The notes beneath the pieces are model-generated. The model saw nothing but the letters and a program-made list of their open reading frames with translations. It was not told where the DNA came from and ran no database searches. This document shows, piece by piece, positions 48,977 to 58,784 of a stretch of DNA of 64,000 nucleotides. The stretch is from a virus. The position numbers and the translations under genes were made by a program. Location: IMG/VR virus record IMGVR_UViG_3300032047_000006, positions 17,441 through 81,440 of that record; one strand, written 5' to 3'. The stretch's first letter is position 1, and every line of letters begins with the position of its first letter.

Positions 48977-49912
48977 TTGTCGGACAAGATTGCTATTATA
49001 AAAAATGTTTTGGGCAACGGCTATCACTCTGGTGGTGAAACACTATTCTTTTGTCCAAAGTGCAAACACCACAAGAAGAAGTTGTCCGTCAACCTGGAAA
49101 AGAACAAGTTTAAGTGCTGGGTTTGCGATTATCGAGGAAATAACATCCGCCGCCTCGTAAGACGCTTCGGCTCTTTTATGGATCAACAAGCCTGGGCTAA
49201 AATTGACAACACCATAGAGATAGCCTCGTTTGAAGATGTCTTTTCAACAGAGCAGGAAATAGAAGAAAATGTAGAGCAGTCAATAGCTCTTCCAGAAGAG
49301 TTTAAGTCTCTTTGTTCTAACAACCTTTCACTTGCAACAAAGCCTATTCTTCGCTTCCTTTATGAACGAGGTTTGTCCAAAGCAGACATTATAAAGTGGA
49401 AGATAGGTTATTGCCCATCAGGTGAGTATAAAAACAGAATCATCATCCCTTCATTCAACGAGGATGGCGATGTAAGTTATTTTATTGCGAGAACCTACGG
49501 CAACGACTGGATGAAATACAAGAACCCACCTGCTCACCGAAACATTGTTTTCAACGAGCTTTATGTTGACTATGAAGACGACTTGGTTATTGTAGAGGGA
49601 GCCTTTGATGCTATTGTAGCAGGCAATGCAGTTCCTATTCTAGGTTCCTCTTTAAGGGACGATGCAAAGCTATTCCAGAAGATAGTAGAGCACGACACAC
49701 CAGTTTATATAGCCCTCGATCCAGACGTTGAGACAAAGGCGATGAAACTAATAAAAAAAATGTTGACTTTTGATATAGAAGTGTATAAGATAGATATTAT
49801 GCCCTATGGTGACGTAGGCGAAATGACTAAAAGAGAATTCCAAAAGAGAAAGTCGGAAGCACAGCTAATGACGCCCGATACTTTTTTGGAGAGAGCAATT
49901 TTTAGCATCTAA
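48977..49912 (+). CDS. DNA primase (zinc finger plus TOPRIM)
   Basis: CPKC...CWVC; RIIIP; FIAR; KYKNP; VEGAFDA; ALDPD; DVGE. Confidence 0.9.
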   Translation: MSDKIAIIKNVLGNGYHSGGETLFFCPKCKHHKKKLSVNLEKNKFKCWVCDYRGNNIRRLVRRFGSFMDQQAWAKIDNTIEIASFEDVFSTEQEIEENVEQSIALPEEFKSLCSNNLSLATKPILRFLYERGLSKADIIKWKIGYCPSGEYKNRIIIPSFNEDGDVSYFIARTYGNDWMKYKNPPAHRNIVFNELYVDYEDDLVIVEGAFDAIVAGNAVPILGSSLRDDAKLFQKIVEHDTPVYIALDPDVETKAMKLIKKMLTFDIEVYKIDIMPYGDVGEMTKREFQKRKSEAQLMTPDTFLERAIFSI

Positions 49913-49921
49913 GGAGAGAAG

Positions 49922-52900
49922 ATGAATAAGAAGAAGAAAGCTTTACGGCTTGCCCACATTAGCGACACCCACATCAGAAACCTAAAATTCCACGAAGACT
50001 ATCGTGCAGTGTTCGAGCATCTCTACGAAATCCTTCGTGAAGAAAAGCCAGACTATATTGTCCATTGTGGAGATGTAGCTCACACAAAGACTCAACTATC
50101 GCCAGAGTTTTTTGAGATGGCTGCAAATTTCTTTGATAAGTTATCGGACATTGCTCCGCTTATTCTTATCGCAGGCAACCACGACGGAAACTTGAAGAAC
50201 AGTAGCCGACAAGACGCCCTAACGCCTATTATCAACGCTCTTGACAAGGATACCATTCACTATCTCAAGAATTCAGGAGAGTTCTCACCTTGTAAAGGCT
50301 TGACGTTCAACGTCCTTTCAGTCTTCGACAGGGACAACTGGGTGGAACCTTCTGACGATAAGTCTATCAACATTGCTCTTTACCACGGAGCTATTGCTGG
50401 CGTTACAACCGACATCGGCTGGGTAATGGATCATGGAGAAGACACAGTAGATATCTTTGAGGGACATGACTATGCTTTCCTTGGAGACATTCACAAGACA
50501 AACCAAATCCTAGACACTGAGGGTAGAGTTCGCTATTGCGGCTCAACGGTTCAACAGAATCACGGCGAGACTAATGATAAAGGTTTTCTTATCTGGGACA
50601 TAAAGGACAAGGACACTTTTGACGTAAGACACCACGTTCTCAAAAACCCACGCCCATTTATGACTATTGAGCTTACAAAGACAGGTAGGCTTCCAAAGAG
50701 TGCCAACCCACCTGCTGGAGCAAGACTTCGCATTGTAACGAACCACTCTATTCCAGTGGAAAAGGTGCGTAAAGCAATAGATGTCGCAAGAACAAAATTT
50801 AAGCCAGAGTCAGTAACTTTTCTTAATAAATCTACAGGCTCCAGGGCAAAGGTGGACATCGGCTCGGATTTTGAAAAACACAACCTCCGTGATGTAGCTG
50901 TTCAAGAAAAACTCATAGGGGAATATCTCAAGGATTATTTATCCACCTCAGACGAGGACAAGAAAGTCTTGAAAGAGGTTATGGAAATTAACAGGAGAGT
51001 TAATTCACAGGCGGAATCAGCAGAGAAAGCTACCCACCGGAATGTAAACTGGTCTCTCAAGACTCTTGAATGGAACAACCTCTTCAACTATGGCGAGGGA
51101 AACAAAGTTGATTTCGCCACCTTGGGAGGAATCATCGGCATCTTCGGAAAGAACTTTTCAGGAAAGTCCTCCATTATTGACAGCCTTCTTTGGGTAATGT
51201 ATAATTCTACTTCCAAGAGAAATAGAAAGTCCGTAGATATTGTAAACCAGAACAAGCAGAACGCTTGGGGCAAGGTAACGATTGAAGTTAACGATAAGCT
51301 TTACACCATTGAGAGGACAGCGGATAAATATGTTAAACGACTCAAGGGAGAGGAAACGGAAGAAGTTAAGACGAATGTAGAGTTTACTGTCTATGATCTC
51401 GCAACAGAAGAGTCCGCACCACTCAATGGTGAGACAAGAAGTCAAACAGATGAAAACATTAGAAAGTTTTTTGGAACACTCGACGATTTTCTCATGACTT
51501 CGTTATCCTCACAATTAGAGTCCCTTGCATTCATTGCCGAAGGCTCGACTCGAAGAAAGGAAATTCTCGCTAAGTTTCTCGACTTGGAAATCTTTGATGC
51601 GAAATACAAAATTGCCAAAGAAGAATCAAGCGATCTCGATGGAAAGATTAGATACCTTCTTGACTCTGTAGGACCTCTTGGGCATGATGTGAGGAAGTTG
51701 GAAACAGAGAAGGAAATAGAAGAGACTACGATACAACTCCGAGAGCAGGAGAATACGTGTAAGGTGTTGACAAAGGAGTTGGAAGAACTCAACCTCAACA
51801 TAATGAGAATTGAAACAAAGTTGGAGTCCACACCTACTCAAAAGGTTGTTGATACTGACAAAGAGAGGGCTAAAGTGAGAAAGCTCTCAAATGACTTGCA
51901 GCTAATTCGTGAAAATAACAAGACTCTGGAAGAAGTCCTAGTAAAGAATGAAGACGTTGTACAGAAGATAAATAATTTCTTGCTTGAATTTAACTATTAT
52001 GATTGGAAAAAGAAAGAGGCAGAGATCGGACAGCTGAACTACCACATTTCCGAAAACGATTCAGAAATAGAGGAGCTTGAAAAGAAGTTGAGAAAAGTCT
52101 CGGAAGATAAGATCTTGCTCCAGCAAGTCCCCTGCGGAGATAAATTCCCAAGCTGCAAATTTATCAAACATGCTTATGATAATGTGGCGAAGGAGCAGTC
52201 CTTACACTCTGAGAGAAGAGATATAGAACGACTCCGTCAAAAATCGATAGATAAGATCGCCAATCTTGACGAAGGCAATGTCGTAAAATATCTAGAGCAA
52301 CATGGGCAGCTTGTTGAAAAGCAGAAGATAAAGCAAGATGAGATCAACAAGTATGAGTTACAGATTGCAAAAAACAGAACAACGATCGTCAGCCTGAGAG
52401 ACTCGAAGAATAAGGCAGAGGAAGATATTCGATTGTTCGAAGAGAATGAGAAGACAATTCTAGAATTTGCCAAGCTCACGACAGAAAGGGTTTGCCTTTT
52501 GGAGGCGAAGAAGAAAAAGAAGAAAGAATTGGCAGAATGCAGCGACTCTTCGATTCGACTGAGCAGGAAGCAAGGGCTTCATGAAAATGCATTGAAAGAA
52601 ATTCAAATACAAGAATTAGATTTGGAGAGATTCCAGAGAGACTTCTCTGCCTATGATCTGTATAAAAAGGCTATGGGCTCCAACGGAGTTTCCTTGGACA
52701 TTATCAAGAAAGAGCTTCCTGTTATCAACGACGAAGTAGCAAAGATTCTTGCTAACGTCGTGAACTTTGAAGTGTTTTTAGAAAATGAAGAAAAACGACT
52801 CAATGTTCTTATCAAGCATCCAAAGTTTGAACCACGTCCCTTAGAGATGGGTTCTGGGGCTGAGAAGGCTATTGCTGCAATGGCTATCCGACTTGCGTTT

Positions 52901-53122
52901 ATGAACGTTTCTTCCCTTCCTATCGGAGATGTTTTTATTCTTGACGAACCAGGCACAGCTTTGGACGAAGAGAACATGGAAGGCTTCATTCGAATTTTGG
53001 ATTTGGTAAAGTCTCATTTTAAAAACGTCATTCTTATTTCACACTTGGATAGTTTGAAAGATTCGGTAGACTTGCAAATAGCCATTGAGAAGAAGGACAA
53101 GTTTGCTTTTGTTAATCAGTAA
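49922..53122 (+). CDS. Fused SbcD (Mre11/gp47) nuclease and SbcC (Rad50/gp46) ATPase
   Basis: HISDTH, GDVAH, GNHD, YHG, GDIH phosphoesterase motifs; then GKNFSGKSS, a long coiled coil, GSGAEK, ILDEP and LISH, all in one 1066 aa frame. Confidence 0.92.
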   Translation: MNKKKKALRLAHISDTHIRNLKFHEDYRAVFEHLYEILREEKPDYIVHCGDVAHTKTQLSPEFFEMAANFFDKLSDIAPLILIAGNHDGNLKNSSRQDALTPIINALDKDTIHYLKNSGEFSPCKGLTFNVLSVFDRDNWVEPSDDKSINIALYHGAIAGVTTDIGWVMDHGEDTVDIFEGHDYAFLGDIHKTNQILDTEGRVRYCGSTVQQNHGETNDKGFLIWDIKDKDTFDVRHHVLKNPRPFMTIELTKTGRLPKSANPPAGARLRIVTNHSIPVEKVRKAIDVARTKFKPESVTFLNKSTGSRAKVDIGSDFEKHNLRDVAVQEKLIGEYLKDYLSTSDEDKKVLKEVMEINRRVNSQAESAEKATHRNVNWSLKTLEWNNLFNYGEGNKVDFATLGGIIGIFGKNFSGKSSIIDSLLWVMYNSTSKRNRKSVDIVNQNKQNAWGKVTIEVNDKLYTIERTADKYVKRLKGEETEEVKTNVEFTVYDLATEESAPLNGETRSQTDENIRKFFGTLDDFLMTSLSSQLESLAFIAEGSTRRKEILAKFLDLEIFDAKYKIAKEESSDLDGKIRYLLDSVGPLGHDVRKLETEKEIEETTIQLREQENTCKVLTKELEELNLNIMRIETKLESTPTQKVVDTDKERAKVRKLSNDLQLIRENNKTLEEVLVKNEDVVQKINNFLLEFNYYDWKKKEAEIGQLNYHISENDSEIEELEKKLRKVSEDKILLQQVPCGDKFPSCKFIKHAYDNVAKEQSLHSERRDIERLRQKSIDKIANLDEGNVVKYLEQHGQLVEKQKIKQDEINKYELQIAKNRTTIVSLRDSKNKAEEDIRLFEENEKTILEFAKLTTERVCLLEAKKKKKKELAECSDSSIRLSRKQGLHENALKEIQIQELDLERFQRDFSAYDLYKKAMGSNGVSLDIIKKELPVINDEVAKILANVVNFEVFLENEEKRLNVLIKHPKFEPRPLEMGSGAEKAIAAMAIRLAFMNVSSLPIGDVFILDEPGTALDEENMEGFIRILDLVKSHFKNVILISHLDSLKDSVDLQIAIEKKDKFAFVNQ

Positions 53123-53148
53123 CTATTTACTCTAACTGGCGAAAGCCA
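53123..53148 (+). promoter_or_regulatory. CTATTTAC motif followed by a GAAA-tetraloop hairpin
   Basis: Motif at 53123-53130; TGGC-GAAA-GCCA at 53137-53148; GGAGG at 53151. Confidence 0.6.
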
Positions 53149-53160
53149 CTGGAGGATAAA

Positions 53161-53352
53161 ATGATGACACAATTAAAAGCATTTATGGACACCCACGTTG
53201 AAAGGTTTATTTCACGCAAGTTTCTTGCTTGGTTAACAGCCTCGGGCTTGGCTCTTTACGGAGTTCTATCATCAGGTGACTGGACACAGCTTACAATGGT
53301 TTACATTGGTTCACAAGCAGCAGTTGATCTTGTGAAGCAATTAAAGGGATGA
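53161..53352 (+). CDS. Small two-helix membrane protein, holin-like
   Basis: SRKF followed by two short hydrophobic helices; 63 aa; strong SD. Confidence 0.55.
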   Translation: MMTQLKAFMDTHVERFISRKFLAWLTASGLALYGVLSSGDWTQLTMVYIGSQAAVDLVKQLKG

Positions 53353-53714
53353 TAAAATTCTGGACATGGCTCAAAGCCAACTGGTGGGTTCCCTTCGCCT
53401 CTGTTGTCGTTATTATCAGCTACTTCGCTGGTAACAGCGGCAAGCAGGGTTTGAAGGACATGCTCCAAGCTCAACGTGACGACTACGAGACTCAACTCAA
53501 AGTCCTACGAGAACAACGAGAGAAAGAAAAAAAGATTTTAGAAAACTATAAAAAAAGCTTGCAACTTCTCCAAGAAAGATATAAAGTAAAAGAAAAAGAA
53601 ATAAAGAAAGCTAACCGAGCAGAACTCAAGAAAACTATTGAGGAAAACGAAGATAAGCCAGTAGAAGAGATTGCTGACGACTTCGCAAAACGTTTCGGTT
53701 TAGAAAAGGTGTAA
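53349..53714 (+). CDS. Membrane-anchored coiled-coil protein, i-spanin-like
   Basis: N-terminal TM (WWVPFASVVVIISYFAG) plus charged coiled coil; ATGA overlap with the holin-like gene. Confidence 0.5.
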   Translation: MIKFWTWLKANWWVPFASVVVIISYFAGNSGKQGLKDMLQAQRDDYETQLKVLREQREKEKKILENYKKSLQLLQERYKVKEKEIKKANRAELKKTIEENEDKPVEEIADDFAKRFGLEKV

Positions 53715-53715
53715 C

Positions 53716-54141
53716 TTGAAACTATTATCTATTTTGCTAACTATTTCCTTGACTTTCCTACCAACCTATGCTATAAGTCAGGAACTAAACATAACAGGGC
53801 TGAATAAGGGCGAGGAAGCCCCCTTCACGGGCATTTTGCTAACAAAAGCAGCACTCGCCAAGATTGAGGCTGACTTGCGCTTAAACGTCCAATTATGCGA
53901 GAATAATTGTAAACTGAAATTAGACGAAAAGGAACTTCTCTACAACAAAGATGTTTCTATTTTAAAAGCAGAGATAGACGGAATAAACCAGTTCGTCCAA
54001 GTCAAGAATAAAAGAATCAATAGGCTGGAAGAAATCATTGACGAGAGTAACAACTCTTGGTTTGTTCCAGTTGTTGCTATTGCTTCTTTTGCACTCGGCG
54101 TTGCTACAACTGTTGGAATAACTTATGCGGTGAATAAATGA
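53716..54141 (+). CDS. Exported coiled-coil protein with C-terminal TM (spanin-like)
   Basis: Signal peptide MKLLSILLTISLTFLPTYA, coiled coil, C-terminal hydrophobic helix; TTG start. Confidence 0.55.
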   Translation: MKLLSILLTISLTFLPTYAISQELNITGLNKGEEAPFTGILLTKAALAKIEADLRLNVQLCENNCKLKLDEKELLYNKDVSILKAEIDGINQFVQVKNKRINRLEEIIDESNNSWFVPVVAIASFALGVATTVGITYAVNK

Positions 54142-54530
54142 GTAAAGATAAAGATTGGAATCTTGTAGCCAAGATTGAACAAAAGATAAAAGAGAAATAT
54201 GGCGAAGAAGCCATCAAGTCACCAGCCCAAGGTTGGACAGATGAGCAGGAAGAAGAACATTTAGAAAAGCTCAAAATTGCTGCTACAAAGTCTAGAGAAG
54301 CATCTGATAAGAAAGAGAAAGTAGAAATAGCCGAAGGCGTTTTTGTCACAAAGAAACTACTTATGAAGGGTAGCAATAGAACTTGTCCCGTTTGCGGCGT
54401 TTACTCGTTCAACAAACAGGACGATGTTTACATGAGCAAGTTCCAATGTTGCTTTAAATGTTATATAGATTATGTCGAAAACCGTGAAGACAGATGGAAG
54501 TCTGGCTGGCGTCCAAACAAGGAGAAATAA
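54138..54530 (+). CDS. Hypothetical zinc-finger protein
   Basis: CPVC...CCFKC. Confidence 0.75.
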   Translation: MSKDKDWNLVAKIEQKIKEKYGEEAIKSPAQGWTDEQEEEHLEKLKIAATKSREASDKKEKVEIAEGVFVTKKLLMKGSNRTCPVCGVYSFNKQDDVYMSKFQCCFKCYIDYVENREDRWKSGWRPNKEK

Positions 54531-54531
54531 G

Positions 54532-55065
54532 ATGGCTGATGTATTAGAAATCGTTCAGGGAATCTCGCAAGTAATGGCGAACACCTACGATGGCGCTGTT
54601 GATGAAAACGGCGAACCAATCAAAATTGGTTTGAAGCGAGAAGAAGATGTAGCGATTACTGATAAAAGAGTCATGGATGGCTTTAAGATCGCAATGGCTG
54701 GTGATACACTCTTTATTAAGTATCACGGTGAAGTTACAATGAAGGAAGCAAAGGCAAGTGGCTTCGAATCAGAAATGGAGCAAATGATTGCAGACATTTC
54801 TTCTTTCCTCAAGAAAGAATATAAAAAGGTTACAGGCTCTGCCCTCACCTTAAAGAAGTCAGGCGAGATGGACGCTATCGTTCAGACAGTCGGCGCTCAC
54901 AGATGCTGGGTTCAGGCAACTTGCCCTTACACAATTACTTCATTCGGTGAATCAGTTGTTGCAGTTGGTGAACCTTCCGTTGATAATGTCGACGACGCAA
55001 TCAAGAAATGGCTTGAACTTGGAAGAAAAGGCAAAGCCCCTAACGATAAAAGGAAGGACGGATAA
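54532..55065 (+). CDS. Hypothetical protein (head module)
   Basis: AAGGAG SD before ATG 54532. Confidence 0.75.
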   Translation: MADVLEIVQGISQVMANTYDGAVDENGEPIKIGLKREEDVAITDKRVMDGFKIAMAGDTLFIKYHGEVTMKEAKASGFESEMEQMIADISSFLKKEYKKVTGSALTLKKSGEMDAIVQTVGAHRCWVQATCPYTITSFGESVVAVGEPSVDNVDDAIKKWLELGRKGKAPNDKRKDG

Positions 55066-55274
55066 TGAAGATTTCAAAGGGAAGATTAAAAGAAATCATT
55101 CAAGAAGAAGTTCGACTTCACCAGAATGAAAACATTCAGGAATCCGCCGAAGAACAAATCGAGATGATTCTCAACGATCTTTTCGATAATGGCGTTTCCA
55201 ACGAGGGACTCAAATCATTATTGCTCAAAGTCATCGAAAACATCGATGCAGGTTTCGTAGGCGAACCATCATAA
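55065..55274 (+). CDS. Small protein with MKISKGRLKEIIQEE leader (possible head-internal protein)
   Basis: 69 aa; TAATG coupling to the upstream gene. Confidence 0.7.
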   Translation: MKISKGRLKEIIQEEVRLHQNENIQESAEEQIEMILNDLFDNGVSNEGLKSLLLKVIENIDAGFVGEPS

Positions 55275-55291
55275 AGAAAGCACAGGCTTGA

Positions 55292-56869
55292 ATGTCTTAT
55301 CAACTCACCAAGAAAAAAATCCTATCTGAAATCGTCCAATGCGGCAAAGATCCCGTTTACTTTCTAAACAACTATGCAAAGATTTCACACCCAATGCACG
55401 GGTCTATCCCGTTTAGGACTTACGACTTCCAAGATGAGCTTTTAAGAGACTTCAACGATCATCGCTTCAATGTTATCTTAAAAGCACGTCAGTTGGGCAT
55501 CTCAACCGTAACAGCAGGTTATGTTGTTTGGATGATGCTTTTCCACAAAGATAAAAATGTTCTTGTTATGGCTACAAAGTTCGGCACAGCAGCCAACTTG
55601 GTAAAGAAGGTAAAAGCGATAATGAGAAACGTTCCAGAGTGGATGCGAATAGCGAACATCTCTGTGGACAATAGAACTTCTTTCGAGTTATCTAATGGTT
55701 CACAAATCAAAGCAACATCTACCTCATCTGACGCTGGTCGTTCAGAAGCATTATCTCTTCTTGTAATAGACGAAGCGGCACACGTTGAAGGCTTGTCTGA
55801 ATTGTGGACTGGTTTATATCCCACATTGTCTACTGGTGGTAGGTGTATCGCCCTGTCCACGCCTAATGGTGTCGGAAACTGGTTTCACCAAACCTATATA
55901 GATGCCGAAGAATCCAATAACGATTTTCACCCTACCTGTCTTCCATGGGATGTCCACCCAGACAGAGATCAAGACTGGTTCGATAAAGAGACGAGAAATA
56001 TGTCTCGTAGGCAAATCGCACAAGAGTTAGAGTGTAACTTCAATATGTCTGGTGAAACGGTTATTAACACCGAGGACATAGAAAGAATAATGAACGCCGT
56101 ATCGTCACCCTCCCACAAAGCAGGGTTTGATAGAAATTATTATATTTGGGAAGACTTCAACCCAGAGCACTCTTACCTTCTTGTAGCCGACGTCGCCCGT
56201 GGAGACGGTAAGGACTTTTCAGCATTTCAAGTCATAAATGTTACAGAGATGTCCCAAGCAGCAGAATACCAGGGTAAGGTGGATCTAGACACCTATGCTA
56301 TGTTTCTGTCTGACATCGGCAAGTCTTATGGAAATTGTTTACTTGTTGTGGAGAATAATAACGTCGGCTACGCAGTGTTGACTAAGTTGGAAGAGATGGC
56401 ATATCCAAATCTTTATTATTCTATAAAAGCCACACATGAGTACATTGATTCGTCTTCTGCTAGATCTAACAGCAGAGCCGTCCTTGGCTTTACGACATCA
56501 ATGAAAACAAGACCACTAATAATCGCTAAGTTAGAAGAATTTATAAGAAATGATCTAGTTAGCATTGTATCGAATCGTCTTTACAATGAATTAAAGACTT
56601 TTGTTTGGAATAACGGAAAGCCCGAGGCAATGAGAGGTTACAATGATGATCTTGTGATGTCTATGGCGATCGCCTGTTGGGTAAGAGACACTGCTTTGGT
56701 TTTAAATCAGCGAGACGCTGAATATAACAAAGCTCTTCTTGGAGCCATGACTACTTCCAAAACAAAACTTAACACAGCGATATCAGGTATGGTAAACTAT
56801 GGGGAACCTAATGGGGTTCAACAAATGAAAGAAATAATGACCAACTTCCCTGGTCTTTTTAAGGGGTAA
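55292..56869 (+). CDS. terL: Terminase large subunit (T4 gp17-like)
   Basis: LKARQLGIST, LVIDEAA, STPNG, QELEC.F, ADVARGDGKD, VENN, NDDLVM. Confidence 0.95.
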   Translation: MSYQLTKKKILSEIVQCGKDPVYFLNNYAKISHPMHGSIPFRTYDFQDELLRDFNDHRFNVILKARQLGISTVTAGYVVWMMLFHKDKNVLVMATKFGTAANLVKKVKAIMRNVPEWMRIANISVDNRTSFELSNGSQIKATSTSSDAGRSEALSLLVIDEAAHVEGLSELWTGLYPTLSTGGRCIALSTPNGVGNWFHQTYIDAEESNNDFHPTCLPWDVHPDRDQDWFDKETRNMSRRQIAQELECNFNMSGETVINTEDIERIMNAVSSPSHKAGFDRNYYIWEDFNPEHSYLLVADVARGDGKDFSAFQVINVTEMSQAAEYQGKVDLDTYAMFLSDIGKSYGNCLLVVENNNVGYAVLTKLEEMAYPNLYYSIKATHEYIDSSSARSNSRAVLGFTTSMKTRPLIIAKLEEFIRNDLVSIVSNRLYNELKTFVWNNGKPEAMRGYNDDLVMSMAIACWVRDTALVLNQRDAEYNKALLGAMTTSKTKLNTAISGMVNYGEPNGVQQMKEIMTNFPGLFKG

Positions 56870-56874
56870 AATAG

Positions 56875-58776
56875 ATGGCAGACGGCAATATCAAAAACGA
56901 AGAATCAGTACTTTTCAAAAGGCTCACGAGATTGTTCTCAGGACCGATTGTAAATAGGCGACAGCAAAACAGAAGAAAGTTCAAGAGACAGGCATTAGAC
57001 AACTACGCCACTCGTTTCACTTCTGCTTCTGGCAAACAATTCCAAAAGAATCAATACAACCCATTCGAGCAAATAAACTCAGATGCGATGAACAACAGGG
57101 TTCGCAACGAGCGATATGTTGATTTTGATCAGATGGAGTTCGAGCCTATTATCGCATCTTCATTAGACATTTATGCGGACGAGATGACTTATCACAACGA
57201 ACTCAACAACATGATAAACATCGAGTGTCCAAACCAAGAGATTAAGTCTACACTAGAATCTCTTTATAACAACGTTCTAAACGTCGACTTCAACCTTTAT
57301 GGCTGGTGCCGCACAATGTGTAAATATGGAGACTACTTTCTTTATGTTGACATTGACGATAAGATCGGCGTCAAATCATTCATACCGCTTCCTCCTCAAG
57401 AAGTCGAGAGAATGGAGGGCGAAGATCCAACCAACCCTAATTATGTTCAATATCAATGGAATTCTGCTGGGCTTACTTTTGAGAACTGGCAGGTAGCACA
57501 CTTCCGAATTTTAGGCAATGATAAGTATGCCCCTTATGGAACTTCTATTTTAGAACCAGCACGACGCATCTGGCGACAGCTTCATCTTATCGAAGATGCG
57601 ATGATGTCTTATAGAATCACACGCTCACCAGAACGAAGAGTTTTCTATGTTGACGTTGGTAATATCTCTCCTCAAGACGTAGAGCAGTATATGCAAAAAG
57701 TCGTAACAACTATGAAGAAGAATCAAGTTGTTGACGCAAACACTGGACGTGTTGATCTTCGCTACAACCCGCTTTCTATTGACGAAGATTATTTTATTCC
57801 TGTCCGTGGCGGCGAGAGCACAAAGATTGAGTCTCTTCCAGGTGGAACCTACACAGGCGACATCGACGACGTAAAATATTTGAGAGATAAACTCTTTGCA
57901 GCCCTCAAGATCCCTCAGTCTTATCTCTCTCGTTCAGAGGGAGCAGACGAAGACAAAGCAACACTCGCACAAAAAGACATCCGCTTTGCAAGAACTATTC
58001 AAAGGCTTCAACGCTCCGTTATCGCCGAGCTAGAAAAGGTTGGAATTATTCACCTTTACACTCTCGGTTATCGTGGCGAGGACTTGACTAAATTTGGCTT
58101 GAGGCTAAATAATCCTTCACAGATTGCGGCAATGCAGGAATTAGAGCATCTACGTGCCAAGTTTGAAATAGCTTCGGCTGCAACTGAGGGCTACTTTTCA
58201 AAAGCCTGGATTTATAGAAACATTTTTAGAATCACAGAAGAAGAGATCGTTAGAGTGGAAAGGGAGATGTTCCACGATTCCAAGTTCGCAGCAGCAATTG
58301 AAGCAGCAGGCGAAGCGCCAGCCGACGCTGAAGGCGGCGGCGGAGGGTTAGATATGGGTGACGATGAAGGCGGAGACGATTTAGATCTTGATACCGGCGC
58401 AGATGACGCAGGAGGCGATGAGCCAGAATCAGCACTCTTGGCAGCACCAGGTAAGAGAGACGGATACCTCACTCCCGGCGCTAAAGGAAAAGTGTATCAT
58501 CCCGAAAAGGTTGACTCCCGTCCACAAGGCGCTAGGAAAAGATCAACAAAATCTAAGTGGTCAGATGAAACAGCTTCATTCACCCCAAGAAACACCATGC
58601 CCGGCATGTCGGACTTGAAAACACTTTCCCGAGGCATTTATGAGGGTAATGAAACTACTTACACTGACGAAGAAGAAAAATTGCTTCTTGAAGTGAATCA
58701 GGAGCTAACAGATTGGCAAGTTCAGTCGTTAGTAAAAGATCTCGAAAAGAAGAAGAATAAGCAATTAAAAGGATAA
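56875..58776 (+). CDS. Portal protein (T4 gp20-like)
   Basis: SILEPARRIWRQL.LIEDAMMSYRITRSPERRVFYVDVGN, EDYFIPVRG, IESLPGG, DVKY...KLFAALKIP. Confidence 0.95.
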   Translation: MADGNIKNEESVLFKRLTRLFSGPIVNRRQQNRRKFKRQALDNYATRFTSASGKQFQKNQYNPFEQINSDAMNNRVRNERYVDFDQMEFEPIIASSLDIYADEMTYHNELNNMINIECPNQEIKSTLESLYNNVLNVDFNLYGWCRTMCKYGDYFLYVDIDDKIGVKSFIPLPPQEVERMEGEDPTNPNYVQYQWNSAGLTFENWQVAHFRILGNDKYAPYGTSILEPARRIWRQLHLIEDAMMSYRITRSPERRVFYVDVGNISPQDVEQYMQKVVTTMKKNQVVDANTGRVDLRYNPLSIDEDYFIPVRGGESTKIESLPGGTYTGDIDDVKYLRDKLFAALKIPQSYLSRSEGADEDKATLAQKDIRFARTIQRLQRSVIAELEKVGIIHLYTLGYRGEDLTKFGLRLNNPSQIAAMQELEHLRAKFEIASAATEGYFSKAWIYRNIFRITEEEIVRVEREMFHDSKFAAAIEAAGEAPADAEGGGGGLDMGDDEGGDDLDLDTGADDAGGDEPESALLAAPGKRDGYLTPGAKGKVYHPEKVDSRPQGARKRSTKSKWSDETASFTPRNTMPGMSDLKTLSRGIYEGNETTYTDEEEKLLLEVNQELTDWQVQSLVKDLEKKKNKQLKG

Positions 58777-58784
58777 CAGTATAA

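Noticed and set aside
13263-58662. Intragenic copies of the late motif (13263, 14169, 25506, 46482, 58655)
   Set aside because: They are explained by codons for A/T-I-Y or T-T-Y and expected by chance in AT-rich DNA; some may be real internal promoters, but I cannot tell.
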